Of a stretch of 64,000 bases of DNA, positions 29,683 through 39,386 are shown piece after piece. Within the stretch, counting starts at the first letter, position 1, and the number at the start of each line of letters is the position of its first letter. The DNA is from Terriglobia bacterium (lineage in GTDB: Bacteria > Acidobacteriota > Terriglobia > 20CM-2-55-15). The notes below the pieces were generated by a model that was given only the letters and a program-made list of their open reading frames with translations, was not told the origin of the DNA and made no database searches. Position numbers and translations under genes: made by a program. The stretch spans positions 32,001 through 96,000 of the forward strand of contig CBDCLE010000011.1 of NCBI GenBank assembly GCA_965218585.1, read 5' to 3'.

Positions 29683-30273
29683 ATGTCAGCACAAGGACAG
29701 CCTCAGGGTGATCTCTCCCACACAGTCGACCGATTGAATCGTATCGTTCGTGTCACCAAGGAACTCAATTCCACGCTTGATCTCTCCGAACTCGCACGGA
29801 TCATCTTGAGGATCATTCGTGAAGAAGTTGGGATTGAACGCGGAACTGTCTTCGTGATGTCTCCATCAGGTGACCATCTGACTTCGCTGGCAGCTCAGGA
29901 CGTCGACGAGGAGATTCAGGTCCGCCTGGGCTCGGGAATCGCGGGCAGTGTCGGAGAAAGTGGAGACATTATCGACATTCCGGACGCCTATGCCGACGAC
30001 CGATTCGACCACAGTTTCGACGCTAAACTCGGCTTTCGCACACGAGACATCTATTGCATGCCGGTGCGAAACCCCGGAAAAACCATCGTGGGCGTTCTTC
30101 AACTGTTGAACCGCAGTCGGGAACTGACCACCGACGACAGTGACTTCCTTCGAGACATCTCCGTTCACATCGGTCTCGCTATAGAAAACGCGGCGCGGCA
30201 CATGAAGATTCTGGAAGAAGAAAGGATCGAGCAGCAACTGCAGCTGGCGCGAGAAATCATTCTGGTCAGGAGC
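29683..30273 (+). CDS. GAF domain protein; looks like a GAF-SpoIIE/PP2C phosphatase lacking the phosphatase domain
   Basis: GAF (GIAGSVGESG..I.IPDAYADDRF..SFD...GFRTR) then EEERIEQQLQLAREI, running in frame into the next CxxC protein. Confidence 0.65.
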
Positions 30274-30688
30274 GTGCGCAAATACCGGCTTGTCCTCGGC
30301 GTTCTCAGGCTGCGGTGTCCGATCTGCCTGGGGGGGGCGGGTCTTCAAAGGGCTGATCCTCGGACGGAGAAAGTGTGAGGATTGCGGTTACCGCTTCTGG
30401 CCCCAGGGCAGGAGCTTTCTGGGATCGGCTCTGGCCTCCGGTGTCGTGGCTATCGCCGTTACGGCGTCCATCTGGGGAGCGATGTCCTTTTTTATCGGGG
30501 TACCGCCAGATCCGGTGACTCTTGGGGTTCTCGGGGTGCTCTACGTGATCTTCGCCGGCTGGCTTTTCAGGGTGTGGCGAATGGGTTGGATTGCGTGGGA
30601 TTTATACCGCACACCGCCTGTGGACTCAGATTTCGAGGTCCACGAGCACCACGATACGCATGATACGAACAAGCGAAATCGTTCTTGA
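30274..30688 (+). CDS. DUF983-like CxxC zinc-ribbon membrane protein (frameshift at the G8 run, 30330-30337)
   Basis: LRLRCPICLGG|RVFKG....KCEDCGYRF then two TM helices; one G fewer restores the frame. Confidence 0.6.
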
Positions 30689-31082
30689 AACCGAAGGACA
30701 CTGTGACGTCCAGGACATCACCGCTCGACTGAGCGGCGAAGTGAATGAGTGCGGCCTCTGGGAAGGACAGGTCCTGGTTTTTGTAGCCGGTTCAACGGCC
30801 GGAGTTACGACGGTCGAGTTCGAGCCCGGACTCGTCCGGGATATCGGAGAGTTCTTCGAAAAGCTCATACCCGAGGGCCCGGACTACCATCACCATGCGA
30901 CCTGGGGGGATGACAACGGATCGAGTCACGTGCGCGCAGCGCTGCTGAAGCCCTCCTTAAACGATTCCGTTTCATCAGGGCAAACTGTTTTGCTGGGCAC
31001 CTGGCAGCAGGTTGTCGTTGTAGATTTCGATACGCGTCCGAGACGTAGAAGCGTGGTTGTGCAGATAACGGGAGAGTCGTAA
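30660..31082 (+). CDS. YjbQ/UPF0047 (secondary thiamine-phosphate synthase) family protein
   Basis: DIT, GSTAGVTTVEFEPG, YHH...DDNGSSHVRA, LGTWQQ, DFDTRPR. Confidence 0.9.
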   Translation: MIRTSEIVLETEGHCDVQDITARLSGEVNECGLWEGQVLVFVAGSTAGVTTVEFEPGLVRDIGEFFEKLIPEGPDYHHHATWGDDNGSSHVRAALLKPSLNDSVSSGQTVLLGTWQQVVVVDFDTRPRRRSVVVQITGES

Positions 31083-31089
31083 TCGTGTG

Positions 31090-31962
31090 TCAGTGCGTCA
31101 TCGCGTAAATGACGTAGTTCACGCCGAGACGATAGGCAAGCCCGGTCATGGGGGCAGGGTAGAAGGCATCGTCGGCATGCTCCCAGGCATCGCCCATATC
31201 TATGTTGAAGCTGATCGCGACGACCAGACGGCCACGGTCGTCGTATATGCCTCTCCAGTGCGGCTGACCCTGCATGGCCGCAAAGATCTGCCCGCCTCCT
31301 CCCATCCTGAGGTGTCTCTGCCCCGGAATCTGGATGCGGTCGCCCAGATCAAAGAAGATGTTCATGAGGACATCGTCATCGGGAATCTCCACGATCTCCC
31401 TCTTGGGAAAGACCCTCTTCATAGCCGTGTAAAAGACGTACCAGTCGTACTCGCCGTGAAAGTCATCAACGAGGAGGAAACCGCCCCGGTCCAGATATTC
31501 TCTGAGGCGCTCGACTTCCTCGTTGCTGGGATTCCAGCCGCCCTGACCCGGCTGTTGCATGAACACAAAGGGGTACTGAAAGATCCTGTCGTCGGTTATC
31601 TGGAGATGACGGCTGTCGTCAGCAACCGTCAGGTTCGTCAGACGGCTCAAAGCGGGCAGGAAGTGAATCTCTGCGTATGGGTAGTCGATCGCCCACCACG
31701 GATTACTGAACCCGCGAGATCCCGCCCGGCCAAACGAACCACCGTAGACGAGGCGAACCATATGGAATTCCGCGTCGGGGGAATCCCCGTTCGTACTTGT
31801 GAGAAGAGCCCCGGTTTGACTGGAAGCGGCTCCGGCCAAAAGGCAGAAAACCATGCCCACGGCTGCCAGTGAAAGCCCCATCTTCCACAGGGGGCGGGAG
31901 GGTCTTCCTTGCGATGAGGCATCGCTATCCTGTTCTGGGACTTTGGCGAGTTCGGATTCCAT
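31090..31962 (-). CDS. DUF4159 domain protein
   Basis: WAIDYP.AE, LREYLDRGGFLLVDDFHG, WRGIYDD.GRL.V, NIDMGDAWE, GVNYVIYAMTH. Confidence 0.85.
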   Translation of the reverse strand: MESELAKVPEQDSDASSQGRPSRPLWKMGLSLAAVGMVFCLLAGAASSQTGALLTSTNGDSPDAEFHMVRLVYGGSFGRAGSRGFSNPWWAIDYPYAEIHFLPALSRLTNLTVADDSRHLQITDDRIFQYPFVFMQQPGQGGWNPSNEEVERLREYLDRGGFLLVDDFHGEYDWYVFYTAMKRVFPKREIVEIPDDDVLMNIFFDLGDRIQIPGQRHLRMGGGGQIFAAMQGQPHWRGIYDDRGRLVVAISFNIDMGDAWEHADDAFYPAPMTGLAYRLGVNYVIYAMTH

Positions 31963-32061
31963 TGCCCTAATAGTACGCTAGAAAAGCGGGCTGGAGATGC
32001 GGAGAATATCTATTAACCAGGAAGGGAACGATCCACAGTTGAAATGAGCCAAAACAGCGAA

Positions 32062-32081
32062 GCCCGGGATCGCTCCCGGGC
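32062..32081 (-). terminator. Hairpin downstream of tRNA-Asp
   Basis: GCCCGGGA-4 nt-TCCCGGGC followed on the minus strand by TTCGCTGTTTT. Confidence 0.55.
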
Positions 32082-32099
32082 CAAATTGCTGCATTGAAA

Positions 32100-32173
32100 C
32101 GGGGCCGACGAGATTCGAACTCGCGACCTCCGGCGTGACAGGCCGGCGTTCTAACCAGCTGAACTACGACCCC
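32100..32173 (-). tRNA. tRNA-Asp (GTC), CCA not encoded
   Basis: GGGGTCG acceptor; D-arm AGTTCAGCTGGTTAGAAC; anticodon arm CCGGC-CTGTCAC-GCCGG; TTCGAAT. Confidence 0.97.
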
Positions 32174-32187
32174 GTGGACAATTGGTG

Positions 32188-32217
32188 ATGATACCCGCTG
32201 CGCGGCCCCGGTATCAA
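32188..32217 (-). promoter_or_regulatory. Sigma70-like promoter of tRNA-Asp
   Basis: TTGATA-N18-TATCAT ending 14 bp before the tRNA. Confidence 0.55.
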
Positions 32218-32252
32218 TAGCCATTCCGGCTGGGTGAATCGCAGGAAACCAC

Positions 32253-32283
32253 AAAAAAAGGTGGTCCGGAGGGGCCACCTTTT
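32253..32283 (-). terminator. Intrinsic terminator after the M48 gene
   Basis: AAAAGGTGGCC...GACCACCTTTTTTT hairpin with a T7 tail on the minus strand. Confidence 0.8.
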
Positions 32284-32308
32284 GGATCCTGTTTGATCTC
32301 GAAAGTGC

Positions 32309-33376
32309 TTAACCGCCCGAGCGCCGTCTCAGTACCGGCCGGTCGTCCTCTAACGGCTCCCGATCCGGATCGTCGTCACGGCGTTCCAGGCGAGGTCTTT
32401 CGTCTTCCTCAACCTGAACCTCTTCGGCGTTGCCCTCGTCGGTCGAAGCAGTTGTCCGCCGTCTCAGGCTGGGGCGGGAGTCGTCCTCTTCTTCTTGCGG
32501 CCGGCGGTTCTCGTAGTCGATCAACCGCTGCTGGACATCGAGAAATTCTGAAGTCGTCAGAACGTACTGATCGCGCTCCGGCAACACGAGCGCGATGTTC
32601 CGCTGAGTCTTTTCGATCCGATCCCCGGTGGCCGGATGCGAAGCAAACAGCGACGATATTGTTCCGGGCTTTGCCGTCTCACGGGCCTGGATCTTTTCAA
32701 AGAAGGTCACGGCCGCATTGGGATCGTATCCGGTCTTGTATGCGTACTGGCTGCCCAGGTAATCGGCTTCTTCTTCAGCTCCGCGGCTGAAACTCATGAA
32801 CTGCGCCGGGATGGCAAACCCTGCTGCCTGGCGAATACCGAACCCTGCAACGCCCCCAAGGAAAATCAGAGGGATCGAAGCCCAGTTGATGATCTGCCCC
32901 TTGGTCGCGTTCTCGGTACCGTGCCGGGCCGTGACGTGAGCGATCTCGTGAGCCATCACACCGGCCAACTCAGCTTCTTCGTCCGAGGTCAGAATGACGC
33001 CGGTATTGATGAAGACAAAACCACCCGGCAGGGCCAGCGCATTGATACTGTCGTCTTCGATGACACGGAAGGTGAACGGAACCTGCGCATCCGAATTGCG
33101 AACCAGATTCTGGCCAACGCGATTGACGAACTCGTTGACTACCGGATCATCGACAAGCCGAACCTGACGTTCCAGCTCAGCCGCCATCTGGCGTCCCATC
33201 GCCATCTCGCTCTCGAGCGAGGTGAAGTTCCAGCTAAAGAACCCGGAATTAATGTCTCGGTTTCCAATATTGTCGATGTCCGCATTCTTCGGCTTGTCCT
33301 GAGCAAGTGCCGGACTGGCAGTTGTCACAGTCAGCAGAACTGCGGCCAGCGTCAACCGGATCAGCTTGTCGATCAT
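32309..33376 (-). CDS. M48 family metallopeptidase
   Basis: Signal peptide; INALALPGG, AHEIAH, FSRGAEEEAD, SHP; acidic C-tail with RPxLxRR repeats. Confidence 0.9.
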   Translation of the reverse strand: MIDKLIRLTLAAVLLTVTTASPALAQDKPKNADIDNIGNRDINSGFFSWNFTSLESEMAMGRQMAAELERQVRLVDDPVVNEFVNRVGQNLVRNSDAQVPFTFRVIEDDSINALALPGGFVFINTGVILTSDEEAELAGVMAHEIAHVTARHGTENATKGQIINWASIPLIFLGGVAGFGIRQAAGFAIPAQFMSFSRGAEEEADYLGSQYAYKTGYDPNAAVTFFEKIQARETAKPGTISSLFASHPATGDRIEKTQRNIALVLPERDQYVLTTSEFLDVQQRLIDYENRRPQEEEDDSRPSLRRRTTASTDEGNAEEVQVEEDERPRLERRDDDPDREPLEDDRPVLRRRSGG

Positions 33377-33407
33377 AGTGAGATTCTCCAAGAATCTAGG
33401 TTAACTC

Positions 33408-33437
33408 ATCGTAATGACTGCGCTTCCACGGTGTCAA
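33408..33437 (-). promoter_or_regulatory. Sigma70-like promoter of the M48 gene
   Basis: TTGACA-N18-TACGAT. Confidence 0.55.
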
Positions 33438-33570
33438 GGTATTTGGACGAAGGAAACTCGAGTTAGGAAGAAGCTTAATTATGTTCTTCTTATCTCACCC
33501 CCTATCTGGTGCAGACAGAATTTGGCATCGAGAGGTTTAAAACCCTCAAAATATTTATCCGGAGAGGGCT

Positions 33571-34287
33571 TCAGACTGAGGGCACAGGCATTGCCACGAC
33601 GTCATCGATCGCCATAAGCTCCTTAACAACAAAGGGTTCTGCGTACTCGACACCCAGCTGATGCCCGTAGAAACGGCACTGGGTTCGAATCCGATCGACG
33701 AGTCTGGCCCAGGCTGGGAAGAGTTTCTCGATTTCCGTCATATCACCATGGAATTGAGAGGCGAAACAGTTGATCGACTCGAGCTTTCTTTCGAAGTAGG
33801 GACTGATGTCAACGGCAAAAGAGGGATCGACGTCCCAGTAGATCGTCGAATACAGGATCTTGTGGGGACGGTGGGGCTCTCCTCGGAGGTGCGCCTTTTT
33901 GAGGCCGGCTGCATAGCAGGCTTCATATCCCAGATGCGCCGTCGTGTAGTGATCGGGATGACGGCCGTCCCAGTAGGGAAGAATGACCGTCCGGGGTCGC
34001 CGGTCCCGAATCTGCTGTGCCACGACCATCCTGTTTTCGATGGAGTTCGTCAGCTGGAAATCCCCTAGATCCAGTCGAGTCCTGAACTGCGCCCCGAGAA
34101 CCTTTCTTGCGGCTTCGGCCTCAGCCGCTCTGACTTCCGGCGTACCCCGGGTTCCCATTTCGCCTTCGGTCAGATCCAGGATGCCGACCGTGTACCCCTG
34201 ATCCACCATCTTGAGGAGGGTGCCTCCACACGTCAGCTCCACGTCGTCGGAGTGGGCCGCGAGGGCCAGGATGTCTACGGTTTCCAC
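33571..34287 (-). CDS. bshB1: Bacillithiol biosynthesis deacetylase BshB1 (PIG-L family)
   Basis: AHSDDVEL.CGGT, DLTEGEMGTRG, RHPDH, GVEYAEPF. Confidence 0.85.
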   Translation of the reverse strand: METVDILALAAHSDDVELTCGGTLLKMVDQGYTVGILDLTEGEMGTRGTPEVRAAEAEAARKVLGAQFRTRLDLGDFQLTNSIENRMVVAQQIRDRRPRTVILPYWDGRHPDHYTTAHLGYEACYAAGLKKAHLRGEPHRPHKILYSTIYWDVDPSFAVDISPYFERKLESINCFASQFHGDMTEIEKLFPAWARLVDRIRTQCRFYGHQLGVEYAEPFVVKELMAIDDVVAMPVPSV

Positions 34288-34532
34288 AGTCGGTCTAACT
34301 CTCTTTCGAGGTCCGCGGGTTCGATCGGGTATTCGAACGTCTTGTTGCCGCCAATCCGGACAACCGGCACATGGGCACCGTACTTCTCTTCAAGCTCGGG
34401 GTCTTCTTCGACGTTGGTCACCTTGAGTGTCAGCTGATAGCGTCCTTGAAGGTTTTCGATCACCTTCAAGGCGATATCACACAGGTGACAATCGGGGCGG
34501 GAAAACATTTCGATCTGAATGTCGCGACTCAT
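34275..34532 (-). CDS. Glutaredoxin-like protein (DUF836)
   Basis: FSRPDCHLCD, EKYGAHVPVV. Confidence 0.85.
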   Translation of the reverse strand: MSRDIQIEMFSRPDCHLCDIALKVIENLQGRYQLTLKVTNVEEDPELEEKYGAHVPVVRIGGNKTFEYPIEPADLERELDRLWKP

Positions 34533-35509
34533 GCCGAATCCTGGGACGCACACTCGGGCGCGTCATCGCTCCAAACTTCCCGGATAGTATCGAACCTGCG
34601 GAAGAATCGTTCGGCCCGGGACCTGTCTTCCTGAATCTGCTCCTTCAGTGCATCGGCGCTGGGAAACCGCCGCTCATCGCGCAGACGGCCGATAAAGCGA
34701 AGGCGCGCGCGCATGGCACCTGCCGGCGGAGCACGATCGAGCAGATGGCTTTCTACGGTACGTTCTGTTTCGGGAAACGTCGGGCGAACTCCGATGTTGG
34801 TCAGGGAAGGGGACCAAGTCTCGTCATCGACTGCAGTCCGTGTTAAATAGACGCCGTCGGCAGGGAGCAACTCGTTAGTCGGCTCGATGTTGAGTGTGGG
34901 TACGGTTAACTTTTCGCCGCGCCCCTGGCCGGGGACAATCCTGCCTCCGATTTCGTAACAGCGACCCAGCAGACGGCGGGCTTCACGAGTCCGTCCCCGA
35001 GCGATCTGCCCCCTGATCCGAGAGCTGCTGACGGGAATGTCTCCCACCATTACGGCAGACACCTCGAATACCTCAAATTTGGATTTCCACGCGCCGAGCG
35101 TATGGATGTCCCCCCGGTGCTGGTGTCCAAAACGAAAGTTGTGGCCCACACACAAGGTTTCCGTCTGAAAACCATTCACCAGGTATTGCCCGATGAATTC
35201 TCCAGCGGTGAGGCTGGAAAACTCTTTTGTGAATTCCTGAATCAGGAGGACGTCGATACCGGATTTTTCGATGAGGTGTATTTTTTGATCGATTGTCGAA
35301 ATTGGAGTCGGGGCCCGTTCTGGAGCAATCCGCGCGAGCGGATGAGGTTCGAATGTAATGGCGACAGAGGGGAGGCCCGATTTGAGAGCGCGGTCTCTCA
35401 CCACCGACAAAATTGCCTCGTGGCCGAGATGAACACCGTCGAAATTCCCCACCGTGACAACGCTCGGCGACGGTGCTCCCACTTCGTCCAATGAACGGAT
35501 GATTTTCAT
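34529..35509 (-). CDS. ribF: Bifunctional riboflavin kinase/FAD synthetase
   Basis: GNFDGVHLGH, TFEPHP, VSSSRIR, PTLN, NIGVRPTF, RLRDERRF. Confidence 0.95.
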   Translation of the reverse strand: MKIIRSLDEVGAPSPSVVTVGNFDGVHLGHEAILSVVRDRALKSGLPSVAITFEPHPLARIAPERAPTPISTIDQKIHLIEKSGIDVLLIQEFTKEFSSLTAGEFIGQYLVNGFQTETLCVGHNFRFGHQHRGDIHTLGAWKSKFEVFEVSAVMVGDIPVSSSRIRGQIARGRTREARRLLGRCYEIGGRIVPGQGRGEKLTVPTLNIEPTNELLPADGVYLTRTAVDDETWSPSLTNIGVRPTFPETERTVESHLLDRAPPAGAMRARLRFIGRLRDERRFPSADALKEQIQEDRSRAERFFRRFDTIREVWSDDAPECASQDSA

Positions 35510-35836
35510 CAGTAGTACACTCTCCCAGGCCACGAAATCTCAATGGGCCGGAACGTGTAAACCGCAGGCCGTCAGGCCAAACCGTTATAATAACCAATTC
35601 TTTCCGAACGTGCTTGGCTCCAATGGCTTACGTTGCCGGCGGGCGAGGTCATCCCTCACGACCACCTCAAGATGGCCCATTCCGCACACTGATCGAATGG
35701 ATTGAAGCTCGGCCAGGCAAGTTCACCAAGTAGGTGACAACAGAACGGAAAAGGCAACCGCCAGTAGCATCACAACTGTTGCTGACGTGTTACCATCGCG
35801 CCGCACTGATACAGATCGATGCCGGAGGTTAAAAAA

Positions 35837-36977
35837 ATGAAGAGAATACTTGCGTATCCGCTGCTCGCATCCCTCCTGGGTCTTGGAGCTGTGGGGCTCC
35901 TCGCCCCGAGCCTCGTAGCGGCCCAGGATGCGGCAATCACCAATGTGCGCGTGATCGTGGGCGACGGCGAGGTCATCGACGCGGGCACGATCATCATACG
36001 TGACGGCCGGATTGCCTCCGTTTCCACGGGCCGGACCAACACCCAGGGCTTGGAAACGATCGACGCCGACGGCATGACCGCCATGGCTGGATTCATCGAC
36101 GCGCACAAGCACATCGGCACCAACGACAACGAGGCGGCCCAGATGCAAGCGCTCCTCGAGTCCGGAGTCACGACGATTCTGGCGGGGGGAGGCCGGCCCG
36201 AGGGCAGCCTCATGCTACGGGACCACATCGAAAGCGGCCAGATCAACGGTCCGCGGATCCTTCCCTCGGGAAGTGTCGGGCTCGGCAATAACACGCCTGA
36301 AATGGCGCGGGCCCAGGTTCGCGAGTTGGCGGCGTTGGGAGTTCGGTACACCGGCGAAATCGGCCTGAATCCCGACGGGCCGAGCGAGGAGGAACTCGAG
36401 GTTCTCCGGGCCATCGTGGACGAGGCGGAGAACGCGGGTGTCACCGTCAATGTCCATGCCACGGGCCCCTTGGCCATGGTGGCCGCCATCGACGCCGGCG
36501 TGCGGCGCCTAGTTCACACGCCCAACAAGGGCTGGGTGACCCAGGCCCAGGCGCGAAGAGTCGCCGAGACAGGCACAATGATCCTGGGGACCGTCGGCTT
36601 CGGCTTCCCGGTCTTTGATGTATTCGCGGATGACAACGAACCGAGATTCCGAGACGGCCAACCCTGGCCGGAAAACATCCTGCAGGGGACCGAGATCGAC
36701 GGCGCCCGAGTCGGCACCGAAGCCGGTATCACGGCTGTGAACGCGCGCACGATCTGGGATCAGGGCGGCATCCTTGGCTACTGCACCGATTCGAACTACG
36801 ACCCGCTGGGGCTGCTCCAGCATGAGTTACAGATCCACGCCACCATGTTCTCGGTGGAAGACATCATCCAGCTGATGGGACCGAATACCGCAGCCTACGT
36901 CAACATGGAAGACGATCTCGGAACACTGGAGGCGGGCAAGCTGGCCGACATCATCCTGCTGAACGGCAACCCCCTAG
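35837..36977 (+). pseudogene. Secreted amidohydrolase, main part (C-terminus cut by IS1182)
   Basis: Signal peptide; GFIDAHKH, VHA, LVH, GTLEAGKLADIILLNGNPL; continues in frame at 38532. Confidence 0.85.
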
Positions 36978-38527
36978 GAGCCTGCGCCGTAGGACGATTT
37001 TCGACTCGGCGAATTTCGCGATATGGCGATTGATCGGTATCGGTGACCGGGGAATGGGCGTTTTGGACGACGAGGCGCCGATGGGTGCGCCACGGGTGCT
37101 TGAATCGACCCTCGTTCGGCCTGATTTGCGGGCGGTATCCCTGTCATCAGGCTGCCTGAAGCCCCTGCATCCGCTTGACGTTCAATGCCAGACACACCAA
37201 GTTCCACTCGCCCTGGACCTTGTTCAGGCCGCGCAGGCTGAATCGGCGGAAGCCGAGCACCTCCTTGATCCACCCGTTGGGCGCCTCCGACAGCCATTTG
37301 CGCTGGGCGTACTGCACCCGTCCCGCCTCCATCGACAGCTTCTCGGCCATGCGGGCCTTCGCCGGATGCCTGGCGGCGTCTACCGCGACCGCGCGCCGGC
37401 CCTCCCGGCCCAAGGCCACATAGCCGTCCACGCCGCGCGCCTCCAGCGCCTCCAGGTCGTCCTCGTTGCAGTAGCCCGCATCCGCCAGCACCGTCTCGGG
37501 CCGTTCCCCATGGGTGGCCTCCACCTCGTCCACCAACGGGACCAGCCGACCCTGGTCGCTGGCGTTCGACGACACCTCGGTGGCGACGATCAACTGCTTC
37601 TCTCCCTCCACCGCCACCTGCGCGTTGTAGCACTGCTGAAAACCCTCCGATGAGGTCTTCATGATCCGGCTTTCGGGATCGGTGAAGTTGTCCTGCGCCT
37701 TCTCGTCCGGCTCGCCGTATTCCCGCTTGTAGGGCCGCCCGCTCTTCCGGTTGCGCTTCGAACCGGGCTCGCGTCCCCGCGCCTCGTCGGCCTCCCGTTG
37801 CCTGGCCTCCAATCGCGCCCTGGCCGCCCGGATCGCCGCCAGCCGATCCTCCCGGCGGCGCAACTCCTCGGGTAACTCATCGCCGCGATGCGCCTCCCCG
37901 AAACGCGCGTCCTCCGCCGCATCGGTCTCCCGCGCGCGCGACAGCAACGCTTCGATCTCGCCCTCCAGGCGCCGCTCCTCCTCCTGCATCCGACCGTAAC
38001 TCATCGCCTTGCGCTTGCTGGCATTGGCTCGAACCTTCGTCCCGTCGATCGACAACTTGCCGAAGTTCCCAACCCCGGTCTCGCGCGCCAGACCGACCAC
38101 CTCCACAAACAGCGCCTTGAAATCCGACAAATGACGCCGGCGAAACTCGCAAATCGTCCGATGGCTCGGAAAATTCCCCGCCGCCAACACCCGAAATGCC
38201 ACGTCCTCCTCCAGCTTCCGCGCCAGCCCTCGGGACGAAAACACCCCCGTCGCGTACCCGTAGATCAGCACCTTCGCCATCATCCGCGGCTCATACGGCG
38301 ACTTGCGACGACCGTCCCCCTCGTAAGGCGCGTAAAACGCCGTCAAGTCCAATCCGTCCACCAGATCGCTCACATGGTGTGCCAAGTGCCCCTCCGGCAA
38401 CCAATCCCGTATATCCGGCGCCAGCAGCAACCCCTGCTCCGGCTGGTACGGGCGAAACGTCGTCGGCATCGCATTCTCCTCCTAACTGCGACACTATTAT
38501 CTCATTCACTTCCTACGGCGCAGGCTC
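36978..38527 (-). mobile_element. IS1182 family insertion sequence
   Basis: Perfect 17-bp IRs GAGCCTGCGCCGTAGGA; CTAG duplicated at 36974-36977 and 38528-38531. Confidence 0.95.
37147..38469 (-). CDS. IS1182 family transposase
   Basis: DUF772-like N-terminus (PYEPRMMAKVLIYGY..G.FSSR); IDGTKVRANASK, TDPESRIM, LADAGY, GFRRFSLRG. Confidence 0.95.
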   Translation of the reverse strand: MPTTFRPYQPEQGLLLAPDIRDWLPEGHLAHHVSDLVDGLDLTAFYAPYEGDGRRKSPYEPRMMAKVLIYGYATGVFSSRGLARKLEEDVAFRVLAAGNFPSHRTICEFRRRHLSDFKALFVEVVGLARETGVGNFGKLSIDGTKVRANASKRKAMSYGRMQEEERRLEGEIEALLSRARETDAAEDARFGEAHRGDELPEELRRREDRLAAIRAARARLEARQREADEARGREPGSKRNRKSGRPYKREYGEPDEKAQDNFTDPESRIMKTSSEGFQQCYNAQVAVEGEKQLIVATEVSSNASDQGRLVPLVDEVEATHGERPETVLADAGYCNEDDLEALEARGVDGYVALGREGRRAVAVDAARHPAKARMAEKLSMEAGRVQYAQRKWLSEAPNGWIKEVLGFRRFSLRGLNKVQGEWNLVCLALNVKRMQGLQAA

Positions 38528-38531
38528 CTAG

Positions 38532-38602
38532 AGGGCTTTTGGAACATGCTCAACACCCAGGTGGTCCTTAAGGAGGGTGTGGTCGTGGTGGACAAACGCT
38601 GA
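38532..38602 (+). pseudogene. Displaced C-terminus of the amidohydrolase
   Basis: Joins as GNPL-EGFWNMLNTQVVLKEGVVVVDKR* after removing the IS and one CTAG. Confidence 0.85.
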
Positions 38603-38715
38603 ATCCTCAAGGCGAGAAAACTGCGGGTTCCCATCTCATGGAGCGTCTCGATGTCCGGGAAGGGGATTGATCAGGACTTGACCTAGTTTTTTCCCCATCG
38701 ACCTAACTAGGCACC

Positions 38716-39237
38716 ATGGCCAGAGCATTTACCAAAGAATCCGATAACGAAGATGTCGACGATCCGATGCGCGACCCGATCGAGGTTTTACCTCTCGGTG
38801 CAAAGAACTACATCACTCCGAGCGGCGCTGCCCGTGTGAAGGAACGCCTGGACGACCTCATCCACAAGGAACGGCCTGCGGCGCTGAAAGCGGCTGGGCC
38901 TCGGGGCGATCCGGCCCGGAAGAAAAAACAGCGCCAGATCGACCGCCAGATTCGACTCCTCGGGGAGCGCATTGCCAATTTCGAGGTGATTGATCCCGCC
39001 AAACAGAGTGCCGACCGCGTGTCTTTCGGCGCGAGGGTCACGGTGTGCGACGAAGAAGGACGTGAAAAAACCTACCAGATCTGCGGTGTCGACGAAACGG
39101 ATCCGGATAACGGGAAGATCAGCTGGATCTCGCCGATAGCCAGGGCCTTAAGGTCGCGGGAAGTCGGGGACGAGATCACTCTTCAGTTGCCTCGAAGAAA
39201 AGTCCTGATGGAAATCGTCAAGATTGACAGCCGGTAA
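38716..39237 (+). CDS. GreA/GreB family elongation factor
   Basis: MARAFTKE, NYITPSG, VSFGARVT, GVDETD...ISWISPIARAL...VGDE. Confidence 0.9.
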   Translation: MARAFTKESDNEDVDDPMRDPIEVLPLGAKNYITPSGAARVKERLDDLIHKERPAALKAAGPRGDPARKKKQRQIDRQIRLLGERIANFEVIDPAKQSADRVSFGARVTVCDEEGREKTYQICGVDETDPDNGKISWISPIARALRSREVGDEITLQLPRRKVLMEIVKIDSR

Positions 39238-39386
39238 ACCTTTGGTCCGGAACACTATACTTCGCTAGCGGGAAAACTGCCGAGGCTGGTGAGCCTCGGC
39301 CTGACATCCGGCCTTCGCCCGGCCTGACTACGCTATAATCCGGCCTGACCATTGAAGGGTTTCACATCACACGGAGGGACTATGCC

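Noticed and set aside
33571-34287. bshB1 as a novel thiol pathway
   Set aside because: BshB1-like genes are known well beyond Firmicutes; bshA and bshC are not in the window, so nothing further can be claimed
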